From assembly GCA_945861645.1 (NCBI GenBank), contig CAMAVZ010000001.1:1-64000 (forward strand): DNA of 64,000 bases. The letters run 5' to 3'. The translations under genes were made by a program, and so were the position numbers. Source of the stretch: Opitutus sp. GAS368. GTDB lineage: Bacteria; Verrucomicrobiota; Verrucomicrobiia; Opitutales; Opitutaceae. The notes beneath the pieces were generated by a model, which searched no databases, had not been told where the DNA came from, and saw only the letters and a list, made by a program, of their open reading frames with translations. Positions 29,796 through 40,157 of the stretch are shown piece by piece (position 1 is the stretch's first letter; every line of letters starts with the position of its first letter).

Positions 29796-30955
29796 GTAAT
29801 TCCTCATCGTCGATGCGCTTGCCGTTGCCCACTTCAGGTGCGGTGGATCTCCTGATGGTCGCCGGCGAACATTCTGGCGATGAGCATGCGGCGCGGCTGG
29901 TGCAGGCTTTGCGGGTGACTCACCCGTCGCTGCGGATTTGTGCCTTGGGCGGTCCTCAACTCGCGGCGGCCGGAGCTCAACTCCTCTACGACCTGACGGC
30001 GTCATCCTCGATGGGTTTCGCGGTGTTAGCTAAATTTTCTTTCTACCGCGCCTTGATTGCCGAGGTGGTGAGCTGGATTGGGGTGCAGCGACCCTGCGTG
30101 GTTTGTTTGGTTGATTCCTCCGGTCTCAATTTGCGGATCGCGCAGGGCTTATTTGCCCGCGGTTTTTCGGCTAAGGCCGGTGGTCCGACCAAGACGCTTT
30201 ATTATATTAGTCCGCAAATCTGGGCCTCTCGAGCGGGTCGCCGGTTTAAAATGGCGAAGCAACTTGATAGCTTAGCGGCGATTTTTCCTTTCGAGCCAGC
30301 GTGTTATGCTGACACCGCATTGCCCGTTGAATTCGTGGGCCATCCCTTCGTGGCGGATAATTATTTGGCGCCGGTCGCCTTTGATCCGGCGGGGCCCGTT
30401 TTGCTCTTGCCGGGGAGTCGCCGGCAGGTGGTCGCACGAATTTTCCCTCTCTTACTTGCGGCTTACCGTCAGTCCGGTACGACCCGACCGGCGGTGGTCC
30501 TTTATCCGAGCGAGGAAATTCTCGCGACGTTAGTTGCGGCCCAACCCCCGCCCCACGTTGCTTTCCGTCGGACCGGTGAGTCGGCCGAACCCGTGGGGGC
30601 CGCGGCGGTATTGACGGCCAGTGGGACGATGTCGATGCACTGCGCCTTGGCGGGAATCCCAGGGGCGATTACTTATAAAACTGACCCGTTGACTTATCTG
30701 CTGGGTTGCTGGCTGGTTAAGGTAGAATTTATTGGCATCGCGAATCTGTTGCTCAAGGAGTTGATGTATCCCGAATTTATTCAAGGCGCGGCGACTCCGG
30801 CCGCTCTCGCGGCGGAATTGCGCGCGGGGCTAGAGGAACCAGCACGGCGGGAGCAGACGCAGCGTCAAGCAGCCCGCTTACGGCAACTATTACAGGGCTC
30901 CAAGCCCGGCGCGGCCGTGGCGTGGTTGGCCGGGCAATTAGGGGCGGCGCGCTAA
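29792..30955 (+). CDS. lpxB: Lipid-A-disaccharide synthase
   Basis: AGEHSGD, YYISPQIWA, FPFE, FVGHP, LPGSR, SGT, PEFIQ. Confidence 0.92.
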   Translation: MSNSSSSMRLPLPTSGAVDLLMVAGEHSGDEHAARLVQALRVTHPSLRICALGGPQLAAAGAQLLYDLTASSSMGFAVLAKFSFYRALIAEVVSWIGVQRPCVVCLVDSSGLNLRIAQGLFARGFSAKAGGPTKTLYYISPQIWASRAGRRFKMAKQLDSLAAIFPFEPACYADTALPVEFVGHPFVADNYLAPVAFDPAGPVLLLPGSRRQVVARIFPLLLAAYRQSGTTRPAVVLYPSEEILATLVAAQPPPHVAFRRTGESAEPVGAAAVLTASGTMSMHCALAGIPGAITYKTDPLTYLLGCWLVKVEFIGIANLLLKELMYPEFIQGAATPAALAAELRAGLEEPARREQTQRQAARLRQLLQGSKPGAAVAWLAGQLGAAR

Positions 30956-32007
30956 GACGCTCGCGGTGCGCTCAAGGAGTGGGCGATTTGCGGCCAAAGC
31001 GCTGCGATGCGGTCGGCGAGTATCGCCCGACAATGGGCAACCTCGGCCTCACGCTGGGTCAAATTCTCTTCTGCGATCTTTGCGAGGTCATCCAGATTGT
31101 AGAGAAAGACATTAGCTAATTCTGCGGTCGCGGGGTCGACGTCTCGAGGCAACGCGAGATCGATAAGAAATAAGGGACGGGCGGGACGCCGTTTAATGGC
31201 CGCGGCGATGAGCTCACGCGTGAGAATAAAATCAGGCGAAGCGGTTGAGCTTGCGATGATATCAGCCCCGGCGATGGCCTCGGGGAGATCGGTCAGGCTG
31301 AGGGCCCAGCCTCCGGCGAGGGCGGCGGCTTCCTCGGCTTTGGCGAGGGTGCGACTGGCCACGGTGATAGTGGTAGCTCCACGACTTTGGAAAGCTTGCA
31401 CGGTCTTGAGGCCAATGTCGCCGGCGCCCACGACTAAGATTTTCGGGTGGGCGAGTTCGCCGAAGATACGGCCGGCTAAATCGACGGCCACGGTCGCGAT
31501 GCTGATTTGGCCGGTGCCAATGCCGGTGTTGGTCCGGATGTACTTGGCCGCTTGGAACGTTTTTTGGAAAACGCGATTGAGCACGGGTCCAGTCCAATGT
31601 TGGGCGAGCGCGGCATCGTAGGCCTGCTTAACTTGGCCGAGAATTTCAGTTTCCCCCAAAATTTGAGAATCGAGGCCGGCGGCGACGGCGAACAGGTGCC
31701 CGATGGCCGCATGGTTTTGGCGCAAGATAACCGTCGAATCTAATTCGGCGGTCGTGCAGCCGGTAACGGCGCTTAAGGCGGCGTGCAGGGCAGGGAAGGC
31801 GGCGGGACTGGACGCTACGCCGTAGAGTTCGACACGGTTGCAAGTGTTCACGAAGGCAAATTCGCTCACCTCGGCGATCTGACCAAGGCGGGTGGCCAGT
31901 TCGCTCGCTCGCGCGGCATCTAGGGCCAGTTTTTCGCGCACCGCCAGTGGGGCGGTGTGGTGGCTGGCGCCGAGTTGAAAAAGAATAGCGGAATGCGATG
32001 CCATCAT
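30952..32007 (-). CDS. hemA: Glutamyl-tRNA reductase (short form)
   Basis: TCNRVE, GLDSQILGETEILGQ, GAGDIG, DLALPRDV. Confidence 0.92.
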   Translation of the reverse strand: MMASHSAILFQLGASHHTAPLAVREKLALDAARASELATRLGQIAEVSEFAFVNTCNRVELYGVASSPAAFPALHAALSAVTGCTTAELDSTVILRQNHAAIGHLFAVAAGLDSQILGETEILGQVKQAYDAALAQHWTGPVLNRVFQKTFQAAKYIRTNTGIGTGQISIATVAVDLAGRIFGELAHPKILVVGAGDIGLKTVQAFQSRGATTITVASRTLAKAEEAAALAGGWALSLTDLPEAIAGADIIASSTASPDFILTRELIAAAIKRRPARPLFLIDLALPRDVDPATAELANVFLYNLDDLAKIAEENLTQREAEVAHCRAILADRIAALWPQIAHSLSAPRAS

Positions 32008-32856
32008 TCAACGAGGCGTCAGGATAACGGGCTGGTAGCCGTGACGATCGGCGTTGACGGGCCCCAGCGAGAGGAGGGCTAGGCCAAATAAAATGAGGCA
32101 CACCCAAGCGAAACGAACGGAGACCAGTCGACCGCGCCAGCGGAGGAGCAAGACAATCAGGTAAGCCAGCCACACGCCCATTGTGACCATGAGTTTGGGG
32201 AGGTGTACCGATTCAATATTGCGCACCCACCAAGCAGCGCCGACCGACAAAGAGATACTGAGCAGGGTAACGCCGAGCAGAACGAGGCGGTAGTTGATTT
32301 GTTCCAGCTGAACGACGGAGGGGAGAAACCAAAATAAACCATTGAGGCGTTTATTTTTGAGGCTCCAATTTTGCAGGAGCTGCATGAGGGAAGTCAGCGT
32401 GAGTAAACCAAAGACGCCGTAGCTAAAAACGGCGAGAGCCGCATGGGCTTCAATCCACGGATTATTGCCCAAAAGTTTCTGCCCGCGGACTAAATCCCAC
32501 TGGGGAATAAGAAGCGAAACGAGCGCGAGGGTTGCCGCGTAACCGGCGGTGAATAGTCCGAGCAGGCTGCCGCGGAAAGTGGAGCCGACGAAGAAATAAA
32601 CCAGCATGGCCGACCACGCGACGAATTGAACGATTTCAAACGTATTGCCCAAGGGGCAGCCCCGCCCCGCGAGACCGCGTTGGTACAGGCCGAGCCATTG
32701 GAAGCCCCAGCCGCCAATGAGTAGGATATTGAGCATCGTCCGCAGTCCCGCGGGTGAATGCCGCCGGGTCAGTCCGATCAGGCCGACGAGAAAACCCGCG
32801 AGGTAGAGGAGGGCGCCGAGCCAGAGGAGGGCGCGGTCAGTGAGAAGTGAGGCCAT
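32008..32856 (-). CDS. Cytochrome c biogenesis CcsA/HemX-family membrane protein
   Basis: About 8 TM segments, WIEAH, LPSVVQLE, GAAWW...PK; abuts hemA. Confidence 0.8.
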   Translation of the reverse strand: MASLLTDRALLWLGALLYLAGFLVGLIGLTRRHSPAGLRTMLNILLIGGWGFQWLGLYQRGLAGRGCPLGNTFEIVQFVAWSAMLVYFFVGSTFRGSLLGLFTAGYAATLALVSLLIPQWDLVRGQKLLGNNPWIEAHAALAVFSYGVFGLLTLTSLMQLLQNWSLKNKRLNGLFWFLPSVVQLEQINYRLVLLGVTLLSISLSVGAAWWVRNIESVHLPKLMVTMGVWLAYLIVLLLRWRGRLVSVRFAWVCLILFGLALLSLGPVNADRHGYQPVILTPR

Positions 32857-32919
32857 CGCATTAATTTAGCGGCAGCTGCCCTGTGCCGCAAGGATTACAG
32901 CAGAAAATTAATTGCCGCG

Positions 32920-33717
32920 TCACTTCGTGGGCGAAGTTGGTGCGGTAGATTTTTGTGCCACCCAGAATCGGCAGTTGTCAGAAAAATTGCGCACTTTGGG
33001 CGTTTCGCTCGCGAGCTCATTGCGGGTGGCGTCCTCAACGTGGACCCAATGAGTGGCCGCTAAGTCCTCCAATACTTCGCGCCGGTCGGGCAGGTGCATA
33101 AAGGTGTTGCCCGTTTCATCGCTGAAGTAGCGGTCCCCAAATTCCAATAAACGCGGATTTTGTTCACCGCGGGCCCAGCGCGCCGCTTCTTTGGCCCACT
33201 CCTTTAGGTCGGCCGGATCTTCGCGGTCGTGCGTGGTAAAAATAAAATGGGCGGCGGGGCGGCAGACCTGATGCAGCGCCGTCAAGGCGGCGCGCCGCTG
33301 TGCGCGGCTGGGAATTTGCATCAGGCCATTAAACATAAACAGGACGCCACCGAAGGGTTGGTGGTTGAAGGGAGGATTGGTCAGCGGCTGCGTCGCATCG
33401 GCCGGCAAAAAAGTGAGACCAGTGACGCCCTGCTCTTGGGCGAGATTGATAGCTTGTTCGACTAATTCAGCGGCGAAATCAAAGGCGGTGATTTGCCGGT
33501 AGCCTTGATGCCATAGCCCCACGGCCACGCGGCCGGCACCGCAACCGGCTTCCAAGAGCGGCACCGTTTGATCGGGAAAATATTTTTGAATCAAAACTAA
33601 CTCTGATTTCCACAAGCCAATAAAATGTGCCGCGCGCGTGTAATGCAGCACCGTGTTGATGGCATTAAAGTCGGCGCAAACGGTCGCAGCGGTGATTTTT
33701 TCTACCGAAGGTTCCAA
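32920..33717 (-). CDS. Class I SAM-dependent methyltransferase
   Basis: LEAGCGAGR motif I, AFDFA, ADA; start uncertain. Confidence 0.85.
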   Translation of the reverse strand: MEPSVEKITAATVCADFNAINTVLHYTRAAHFIGLWKSELVLIQKYFPDQTVPLLEAGCGAGRVAVGLWHQGYRQITAFDFAAELVEQAINLAQEQGVTGLTFLPADATQPLTNPPFNHQPFGGVLFMFNGLMQIPSRAQRRAALTALHQVCRPAAHFIFTTHDREDPADLKEWAKEAARWARGEQNPRLLEFGDRYFSDETGNTFMHLPDRREVLEDLAATHWVHVEDATRNELASETPKVRNFSDNCRFWVAQKSTAPTSPTK

Positions 33718-33801
33718 GGAAAGTTAAGGGTCGAAGGTAATTTGGGCTTTGAGCGGATAAGTGCGGGCGGAATAATTTTCCGTCAGCCCCGCCGCGCTTA
33801 C

Positions 33802-34926
33802 TCAAATTTTCTTGCGCCAAGCGGCGATGAACATGCCGTTCGCATTGAGATCCTGCGGCCAGAGGGTCAGGGCGGAAAGGGCTGAACCCAAGGCAGTGAG
33901 GGGGAATGGGGCCAATTCTGGATGCGCCGCGGAGAAGGCCTCGGCGAGCGCGGTGGTTTCCGCGCGAGTGAGGGTGCAGACGGCGTAGATTAAGCGGCCG
34001 CTGGGCATTAAGGAGCCGGCTACATGGTCAAGCAGTTGGCGCTGCACGGCGGCAAGTTCACGCACGTCTTGTGGGGTAGTGGTCCAGCGCGCGTGCGGGT
34101 TGCGTTGCCACGTCCCGACGCCGCTGCAGGGTGCGTCGACGAGAATGCCAGCAAATTTAGTTTTGGTCGGTGGTTTGGCCGTCCCTGCCCAAGGCACGGT
34201 GCGGAAATTAAAAACCTGCGCCCGCGCGGCCCGTTCTTTAAGTTTAGCTAACCGGCGGAGGGAGCGGTCGCTGGCCCAGAGCAGACCCTTGTTCTGCATC
34301 AAATCGGAAAGATGCATCGTCTTGCCGCCTTCACCGGCGCAGGCGTCCCACCACGTTTCCCCTGGTTGGGGGGCCGCCGCCAAGCCGACGAGTTGAGAAG
34401 CTAGGTCTTGAATTTCAAACTCCCCGTTTTGGAATTCTGGGGTGCGGTAGAGGTCGGTAATCCCAGTGTAGCGCAAGGCGTCTGGTGATTGCGGCGCCGG
34501 AAAGCAATGGCTCAGCTTTTTGGTGAGGGCGCTGCCGGTGCCGGCTTTAGCTCGAATCCAGAGGGCGGGTTCGCGTTGCCACTGCGTGAGTAGGGCGGGC
34601 GGGATGACATCCATTTCAGCTTTGAGCCAGTCTGGGACCGCGCGGGCGGCGAGGGTTTCCGCTTTTAAGCTCGCGGGATTACTATCAAAGCGCTGCTGGC
34701 AATCGAGGGCGGCGATCAGTTGAGTTCGCCGCGAATCTTTTTCATTTAGCCAGCGCCACCAGCGATAATAAGCAAAGACGGCTCGACTGATCCCGCGGCG
34801 TTCACCGGGCGCGGTGAAAAGGCGATTCTGCGTCAGCGATTCGCGCAGCGCTTGATCGGCGGGCGTGCCCGTCGCCACGAGTTGGAGGACGCGCGCGGCG
34901 TTGTTGATGATCGAAGATTCAGCCAT
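33802..34926 (-). CDS. RsmB/NOP2-family RNA m5C methyltransferase
   Basis: QDLASQ, DACAGEGGKT, DAPCSG.G, YAVCT. Confidence 0.9.
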   Translation of the reverse strand: MAESSIINNAARVLQLVATGTPADQALRESLTQNRLFTAPGERRGISRAVFAYYRWWRWLNEKDSRRTQLIAALDCQQRFDSNPASLKAETLAARAVPDWLKAEMDVIPPALLTQWQREPALWIRAKAGTGSALTKKLSHCFPAPQSPDALRYTGITDLYRTPEFQNGEFEIQDLASQLVGLAAAPQPGETWWDACAGEGGKTMHLSDLMQNKGLLWASDRSLRRLAKLKERAARAQVFNFRTVPWAGTAKPPTKTKFAGILVDAPCSGVGTWQRNPHARWTTTPQDVRELAAVQRQLLDHVAGSLMPSGRLIYAVCTLTRAETTALAEAFSAAHPELAPFPLTALGSALSALTLWPQDLNANGMFIAAWRKKI

Positions 34927-34972
34927 GAGGATCCCACGGTGGCCCGCCGACAGGGCCGAAGTGGCGTGGGGT

Positions 34973-37900
34973 TTAAGTTCGTTTGCTCCAGCGTCGAGAT
35001 TCTTTGATTTCGAGGCGGCGGGCCTCCACCTGCGTTCCCGCCACCGCGGGGTGGTTGCGTAATTCCTGAAAGGCCGCCGCCGACACGCGCCAGTTGAGGC
35101 TACCCGGTGCTTCTGCGAGGGGCATTACGTTTCCGTCGAAAATGAAGCCTAATTTAATGCGCGTATCGCCGCCGGCGGCCATAATCGCGGTTCGGAGTTT
35201 TTGCAAAAAATCGGGCAAGGCGGGATGCTCGGGGTGGAGCAGCCACGTGATCTCACGGATGGCACCGGGCAGGTGCGCATCGAGGGGATAGCATTCCTTG
35301 ATGTTGAGGCGAGCGCCGTCGTTCCCGCGCATGACCGCGCCTAGCAGTACCGCGGGTTGATTTTCTGCTAAATTTTTTCCGTAATTTTCGTAGGCCTCCG
35401 CGTACATATTAACGGCTAAGGTCGCCCGTTTGGTGGCCAAATTAAAAAAAGCCCAGGGACGATTATCGCGGCGGGAAAGTTTTTTCGTAATGCCGGAGAC
35501 AATGCCGCAGAGACGGAATTCGATCCGATCCCCTTCAAGCAGGATTTTTTCTTCGGTGTGCGTGGCGAGCGCCTCGGCGAGACCGAGGTAGGCGTTCATC
35601 GGGTGGCCCGAAATATAAAATCCGAGCAGTTCTTTCTCGAACTGAAGTTTTTCGGCGGGAGTAAAATCGGGATGACGCGCGGTCCCCGCCTGCGCTGCAT
35701 GGGTTTTGCCGACCGGGGCGGGTTCGTTGAGTTCATCCAGAAAAGAATGCTGCCCCGCCGCGAGATCGCGGGCGCGGGCGGCGGAGGCGGCGAGGGCTTC
35801 ATCAATGCGGGCAAACAGCGCGCCCCGGGGCTCGCCTGAGAAATCAAAAGCGCCGGTCTTGATGAGATGTTCCAGCACGCGCTTATTGAGCGCCCGGGCA
35901 TCAACGCGCGCGATAAAATCAGGAAAATCCTTAAAGGGGCCTTGCGCTTCGCGTTCGGCGATAATCTTGAGCGCCGCTTGTTCGCCGACGCCTTTGATGC
36001 CGGCCAGACCAAAGCGGATCGCTCCCGCCGCATTCGCGGAGCCGTCGCCGGCCGGTGCGCGGGCGGGCAGGGGGGTGAACATCGCGCGACTTTCATTTAC
36101 ATCCGGTCCGAGCACGATGAGGCCCATGGCTTCGCATTCGGCGACGAAATGCGCAACTTTTTCGGCATTGCCCAGTTCGGAGCTGAGCATGGCCGCCATG
36201 AATTCAACGGGGTAGTTCGCTTTGAGGTAGCCGGTCTGGTAGCTGAGGACGGCATAAGCAGCGGAGTGCGATTTATTGAAACCGTAACCAGCAAACTTAT
36301 TAAGAATATCGAAGATCGAGTTAGCCGTTTTATCGTCGATGTTGTTTACCCGCTTGGCGCCCGCTACAAAGTTGGCGCGTTCCTTGGCCATGGCCTCAGC
36401 ATCCTTTTTGCCCATCGCGCGCCGGAGCATGTCGGCGCCGCCTAGAGTGTAGCCGGCAATAACCTTGGCGGCTTCCATGACTTGCTCTTGGTAAACCATG
36501 ATGCCGTAAGTTTCGCGGCAAACTTCTTCGAGTAATGGGTGCGGGTAGGTGACCGTACTCGGTTCTTTTTTGCCGCGCACGTAATCGGGAATCCACTCCA
36601 TCGGGCCGGGGCGGTAGAGCGCGATGAGCGCCACAATTTCCTCAATCGAGGAGAGGCTGATCTGTCGGCATAAATTCTGCATACCGCCTGACTCGAGTTG
36701 AAATACGCCGGTGGTGCGGCCGGAGTTCAGGAGGACGTAGGTCTTGGGGTCCTCAAAGCCGATCGTCTCAAGATCGAATGTGGGGTGGGCGGTCCGGCGC
36801 ACGTTATCCACTGCATCAGCTAGCACCGTGAGCGTTTTGAGTCCGAGAAAGTCCATTTTCAACAAGCCCAGCTTGCCGACGGCATTCATGTCGTACTGCA
36901 CGGTGACGTTGCCTTCTTGGAGGGTCAGTGGGACGAATTCCTCCAGGGGCCGATCGGTGATAATGATCCCCGCGGCGTGTTTACCCGTATTGCGGACCAT
37001 GCCTTCCAGGACGAGGGCTTGATCGATAATTTTCTTGGCGAGGGGATTCGAGGTGAATTCGTTGCGTAGTTCCGTCGATTTTTCGAGGGCCGTCTTCAGC
37101 TCGATATTGAGTTCATCGGGAATCATTTTCGCCAAACGATCCGCTTCGGCGTAAGGCAGGTCGTGGACGCGCGAGACATCCCGCATCACCATCTTGGCGC
37201 CGAGGGTGCCGTAGGTGATAATATTGGCGACGCAGTCGTTGCCATATTTCTGGCGGACATAGTCAATAACTTCACCGCGGCGGCGCATGCAGAAATCGAT
37301 ATCGAAGTCGGGGGGCGAGACGCGTTCGGGATTCAGGAAGCGCTCAAACAGTAATTTAAAGCGGAGGGGATCGAGATTGGTGATGCCGAGTAGGTAAGCG
37401 GCGAGGCAACCGGCGCCCGAGCCACGGCCAGGACCGACGGGGATGCCTTGGCGCTTGGCCCAGTCGATAAAATCCCACACGAAGAGGAAATAATCGATGA
37501 ACCCAGTTTTGGTGATGATGGAGAGTTCGTAATCGATCCGCTCAATCAGAATTTGGGCGAGCGCTGGGTCGGGCGCTTTTTTGGGCTTATGGTAATCGAC
37601 GCCGTAGCGGTGTTGCAGCCCGCTAAGGCAGAGACGTTTCAGGTACTCCGCGCGATCGGTCTTCACTTCGGGGGGCAGCGGATACTTGGGGTAGCGTTCG
37701 GAGCCCTTGGGGAAAGGAATCGTGAGATCGCACATCTCGGCCACGAGTTGAGTATTTAATACCGCCGCGGGCATCTCCGCGAACAGTGAGGCCATCTCGT
37801 CGCGCGACTTCAGGTAAAATTGGGTGCCGCTAAATTTCATCCGGTCGGTCTCGGCAATTTTGGAGCCGGTTTGAATGCAGAGCAGCGCATCGTGCGGGCC

Positions 37901-38563
37901 GGCGTCGGTGTGATTGACGTAATGAACGTCGTTCGAGCAGATCACTTTCAGGCCAAATTCTTCGCCTAATTTGAGCAGGCCCGGAATAATTTTCCGCTGC
38001 TCCGGAATCCCATGGTCTTGAATTTCCACGAAATAATTTTCGCGACCAAAGATCTCGACGAAGCGGCCGCAGGCCTGCCGCGCCTCGGCGACGCGCTCGT
38101 GCAGGAGATGCTGAGGCACCACGGAGGCGAGGCAGCCGGTAAAGCCAATCAAACCTTGAGCGTGGCGGGCGAGGGTTTCGAGATCGGTGCGCGGTTTATA
38201 ATAAAAACCCTTCAGGTGAGCATCGGAGACCAGCTTGAGTAAATTTTGGTAGCCCGTGAGATTTTTTGCAAGCAAGCCAAGGTGAAAAATGCTTTTCCCC
38301 TCATCGGTGCGAGCGGTGCGTTCTAGGCGCGAGCCGGCGGCTAAGTAGAGTTCGCAGCCAACCAGTGGTTTAATGCCTTTGGCCTTGGCCTGATTGTAGA
38401 ATTCGATCGCGCCAAAAAGATTACCATGGTCGGTGAGGGCGAGGGCCTTCATTCCCAGATCGGTGGCGCGATCCATCAATCGGTCGATGCGGCAAGCCCC
38501 ATCTAGGAGGCTATAGTCGCTATGGACGTGAAGATGAACGAAATTCTGGTCGACGGAGCCCAC
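34973..38563 (-). CDS. dnaE: DNA polymerase III alpha subunit
   Basis: PHP HLHVHSDYSLLDG, GRGSGAG, PDFDIDF, KMDFLGL, YGFNKSHS; GTG start. Confidence 0.97.
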   Translation of the reverse strand: MGSVDQNFVHLHVHSDYSLLDGACRIDRLMDRATDLGMKALALTDHGNLFGAIEFYNQAKAKGIKPLVGCELYLAAGSRLERTARTDEGKSIFHLGLLAKNLTGYQNLLKLVSDAHLKGFYYKPRTDLETLARHAQGLIGFTGCLASVVPQHLLHERVAEARQACGRFVEIFGRENYFVEIQDHGIPEQRKIIPGLLKLGEEFGLKVICSNDVHYVNHTDAGPHDALLCIQTGSKIAETDRMKFSGTQFYLKSRDEMASLFAEMPAAVLNTQLVAEMCDLTIPFPKGSERYPKYPLPPEVKTDRAEYLKRLCLSGLQHRYGVDYHKPKKAPDPALAQILIERIDYELSIITKTGFIDYFLFVWDFIDWAKRQGIPVGPGRGSGAGCLAAYLLGITNLDPLRFKLLFERFLNPERVSPPDFDIDFCMRRRGEVIDYVRQKYGNDCVANIITYGTLGAKMVMRDVSRVHDLPYAEADRLAKMIPDELNIELKTALEKSTELRNEFTSNPLAKKIIDQALVLEGMVRNTGKHAAGIIITDRPLEEFVPLTLQEGNVTVQYDMNAVGKLGLLKMDFLGLKTLTVLADAVDNVRRTAHPTFDLETIGFEDPKTYVLLNSGRTTGVFQLESGGMQNLCRQISLSSIEEIVALIALYRPGPMEWIPDYVRGKKEPSTVTYPHPLLEEVCRETYGIMVYQEQVMEAAKVIAGYTLGGADMLRRAMGKKDAEAMAKERANFVAGAKRVNNIDDKTANSIFDILNKFAGYGFNKSHSAAYAVLSYQTGYLKANYPVEFMAAMLSSELGNAEKVAHFVAECEAMGLIVLGPDVNESRAMFTPLPARAPAGDGSANAAGAIRFGLAGIKGVGEQAALKIIAEREAQGPFKDFPDFIARVDARALNKRVLEHLIKTGAFDFSGEPRGALFARIDEALAASAARARDLAAGQHSFLDELNEPAPVGKTHAAQAGTARHPDFTPAEKLQFEKELLGFYISGHPMNAYLGLAEALATHTEEKILLEGDRIEFRLCGIVSGITKKLSRRDNRPWAFFNLATKRATLAVNMYAEAYENYGKNLAENQPAVLLGAVMRGNDGARLNIKECYPLDAHLPGAIREITWLLHPEHPALPDFLQKLRTAIMAAGGDTRIKLGFIFDGNVMPLAEAPGSLNWRVSAAAFQELRNHPAVAGTQVEARRLEIKESRRWSKRT

Positions 38564-38788
38564 GGGTAATCATGGGAATCCCGTCGGCTAAACCGATCAA
38601 GCAGTAAAGTGTAAGGTTATTTGGTGCCGAAGTTTACCCAGCTCAGGCGGAATGCCGGCCTTAGCTTTCAGGGAAGGCGGGCGTTGATTCGGGCTGAGTG
38701 CGTGCTGCCGGTTAAAAATTGGGGTTGACGGTGACGGAACCGGCTGGCTTCGTCCTTCTTTTCTCCAACGCCAACCTGTCTATTTCCC

Positions 38789-38986
38789 ATGTCTATTGAG
38801 ATCAAAATGCGTAAAAATGAGCCGATCGATCGTGCGCTGCGTCGCATGAAGAAGAAGCTGGAGCGCGAGTGCATCATTAAAGATGCCCGCATGAAGCGCT
38901 ATGCTGAAAAGCCCTCAGAGCGCCGTCGCCGCAAGGAGAAGGTCATGGCCTTCACCTGCATGCTCCGCCGTCGTTACGCTGAGTAA
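38789..38986 (+). CDS. rpsU: 30S ribosomal protein bS21
   Basis: 65 aa basic protein, EPIDRALRRMKK, EKPSERRRRK. Confidence 0.93.
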   Translation: MSIEIKMRKNEPIDRALRRMKKKLERECIIKDARMKRYAEKPSERRRRKEKVMAFTCMLRRRYAE

Positions 38987-39011
38987 TTCTTGGAACTAGC
39001 TGATTTTCAAT

Positions 39012-39043
39012 GGCCGGCATCTGCGGATGACCGGCCTTTTTCT
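39012..39043 (+). terminator. Intrinsic terminator after rpsU
   Basis: GGCCGGCATC-TGCG-GATGACCGGCC followed by T-tract. Confidence 0.8.
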
Positions 39044-39155
39044 TGCCCCCATGCGACCCTGTTGGCATTTAAGCGACTGATGCCTCGATGGGCCGTGGCT
39101 GCTATGATGCGCGGTGACTTGATTCAGGCGCTGGGGCGTGCAGACTGATTTAGTC

Positions 39156-40106
39156 ATGAAACCTCGCGTCGCTCTTTCTTCCTGTTGGTGTTCGCACCGG
39201 CATCAAGATGGCTACGCGATGCTGCAGGAAATGGCTGATCTGGGTTTTGAGTGGGTGGAATTGAGCCACGGCATCAAAATTGTGCTGGTGCCGGGTATTC
39301 TCAAAGCCGTGGCTGAGGGACTGGTGAAGATCGCCTCGGTGCATAATTTTTGCCCGCTGCCGACGGGGGTCACGCATGCCGCGCCCAATCATTATATGCC
39401 GTCAGCGACTGATGCGCGGGAGCGGGATATGTGGCTGCGGCAAAGTAAGCGGACCATCGATTTTGCCCATCAGGTCCAGGCGACCAAGCTCGTCCTGCAT
39501 CTTGGCGCGGTGGAATTTTTCTGGTTTAACCCCGCCCGCCCAGTGGACCGCTACGCGCAAGATCACCTCGGGGTCGATCTAGCCGCGGATCCAGTTTATC
39601 GGAAAATTTTGGCAAAATCGCTAAAGCGATTGGCGGCTCGTCACCCACGTTACTGGAAAAATACCCAAGAGGGCCTGGCCACCCTATTATCTTATGCGGA
39701 GCCCAAAGGCGTTAAGTTAGGTTTTGAGAATCGAGAGAAATTTGAAGAACTGCCTCGCGATGCGGACCACGCAGCGCTGATCGCGGCGCTGGGCAAGCCG
39801 GCGGCCTGTGGTTATTGGCACGATACTGGCCATGCTCAAATTAAGGATCGGATGGGTTTGCTGAAGCACCGCGATCATCTGGCTCAAAATGCGGCTCACT
39901 TAATCGGCTTCCATCTGCATGATGTCAGCGCTGATGGTCGTGACCATCAAGCGATCGGCTCGGGGCAGATTGATTTTAAGATGGTCAGCAGCTTTTGGCA
40001 GCCTGAGCACACGTTAGTAATAGAGCTCAGCCCGCGCGTAACTTCGGCCGAAGTGCTGGACTCGAAGCGGCAGGTGGAGGCCCTGCTCGCCGCGCGATTT
40101 GGTTGA
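39156..40106 (+). CDS. Xylose-isomerase-like TIM-barrel (sugar-phosphate isomerase/epimerase family)
   Basis: VELSH, SVHNF, GFENR, WHDTGH, FHLHD, IELSP. Confidence 0.82.
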   Translation: MKPRVALSSCWCSHRHQDGYAMLQEMADLGFEWVELSHGIKIVLVPGILKAVAEGLVKIASVHNFCPLPTGVTHAAPNHYMPSATDARERDMWLRQSKRTIDFAHQVQATKLVLHLGAVEFFWFNPARPVDRYAQDHLGVDLAADPVYRKILAKSLKRLAARHPRYWKNTQEGLATLLSYAEPKGVKLGFENREKFEELPRDADHAALIAALGKPAACGYWHDTGHAQIKDRMGLLKHRDHLAQNAAHLIGFHLHDVSADGRDHQAIGSGQIDFKMVSSFWQPEHTLVIELSPRVTSAEVLDSKRQVEALLAARFG

Positions 40107-40157
40107 GGCGAGCGATCGGGTGGGCGCGCGCGTGTGTCTCCGCTCGGCCTGATTCAG

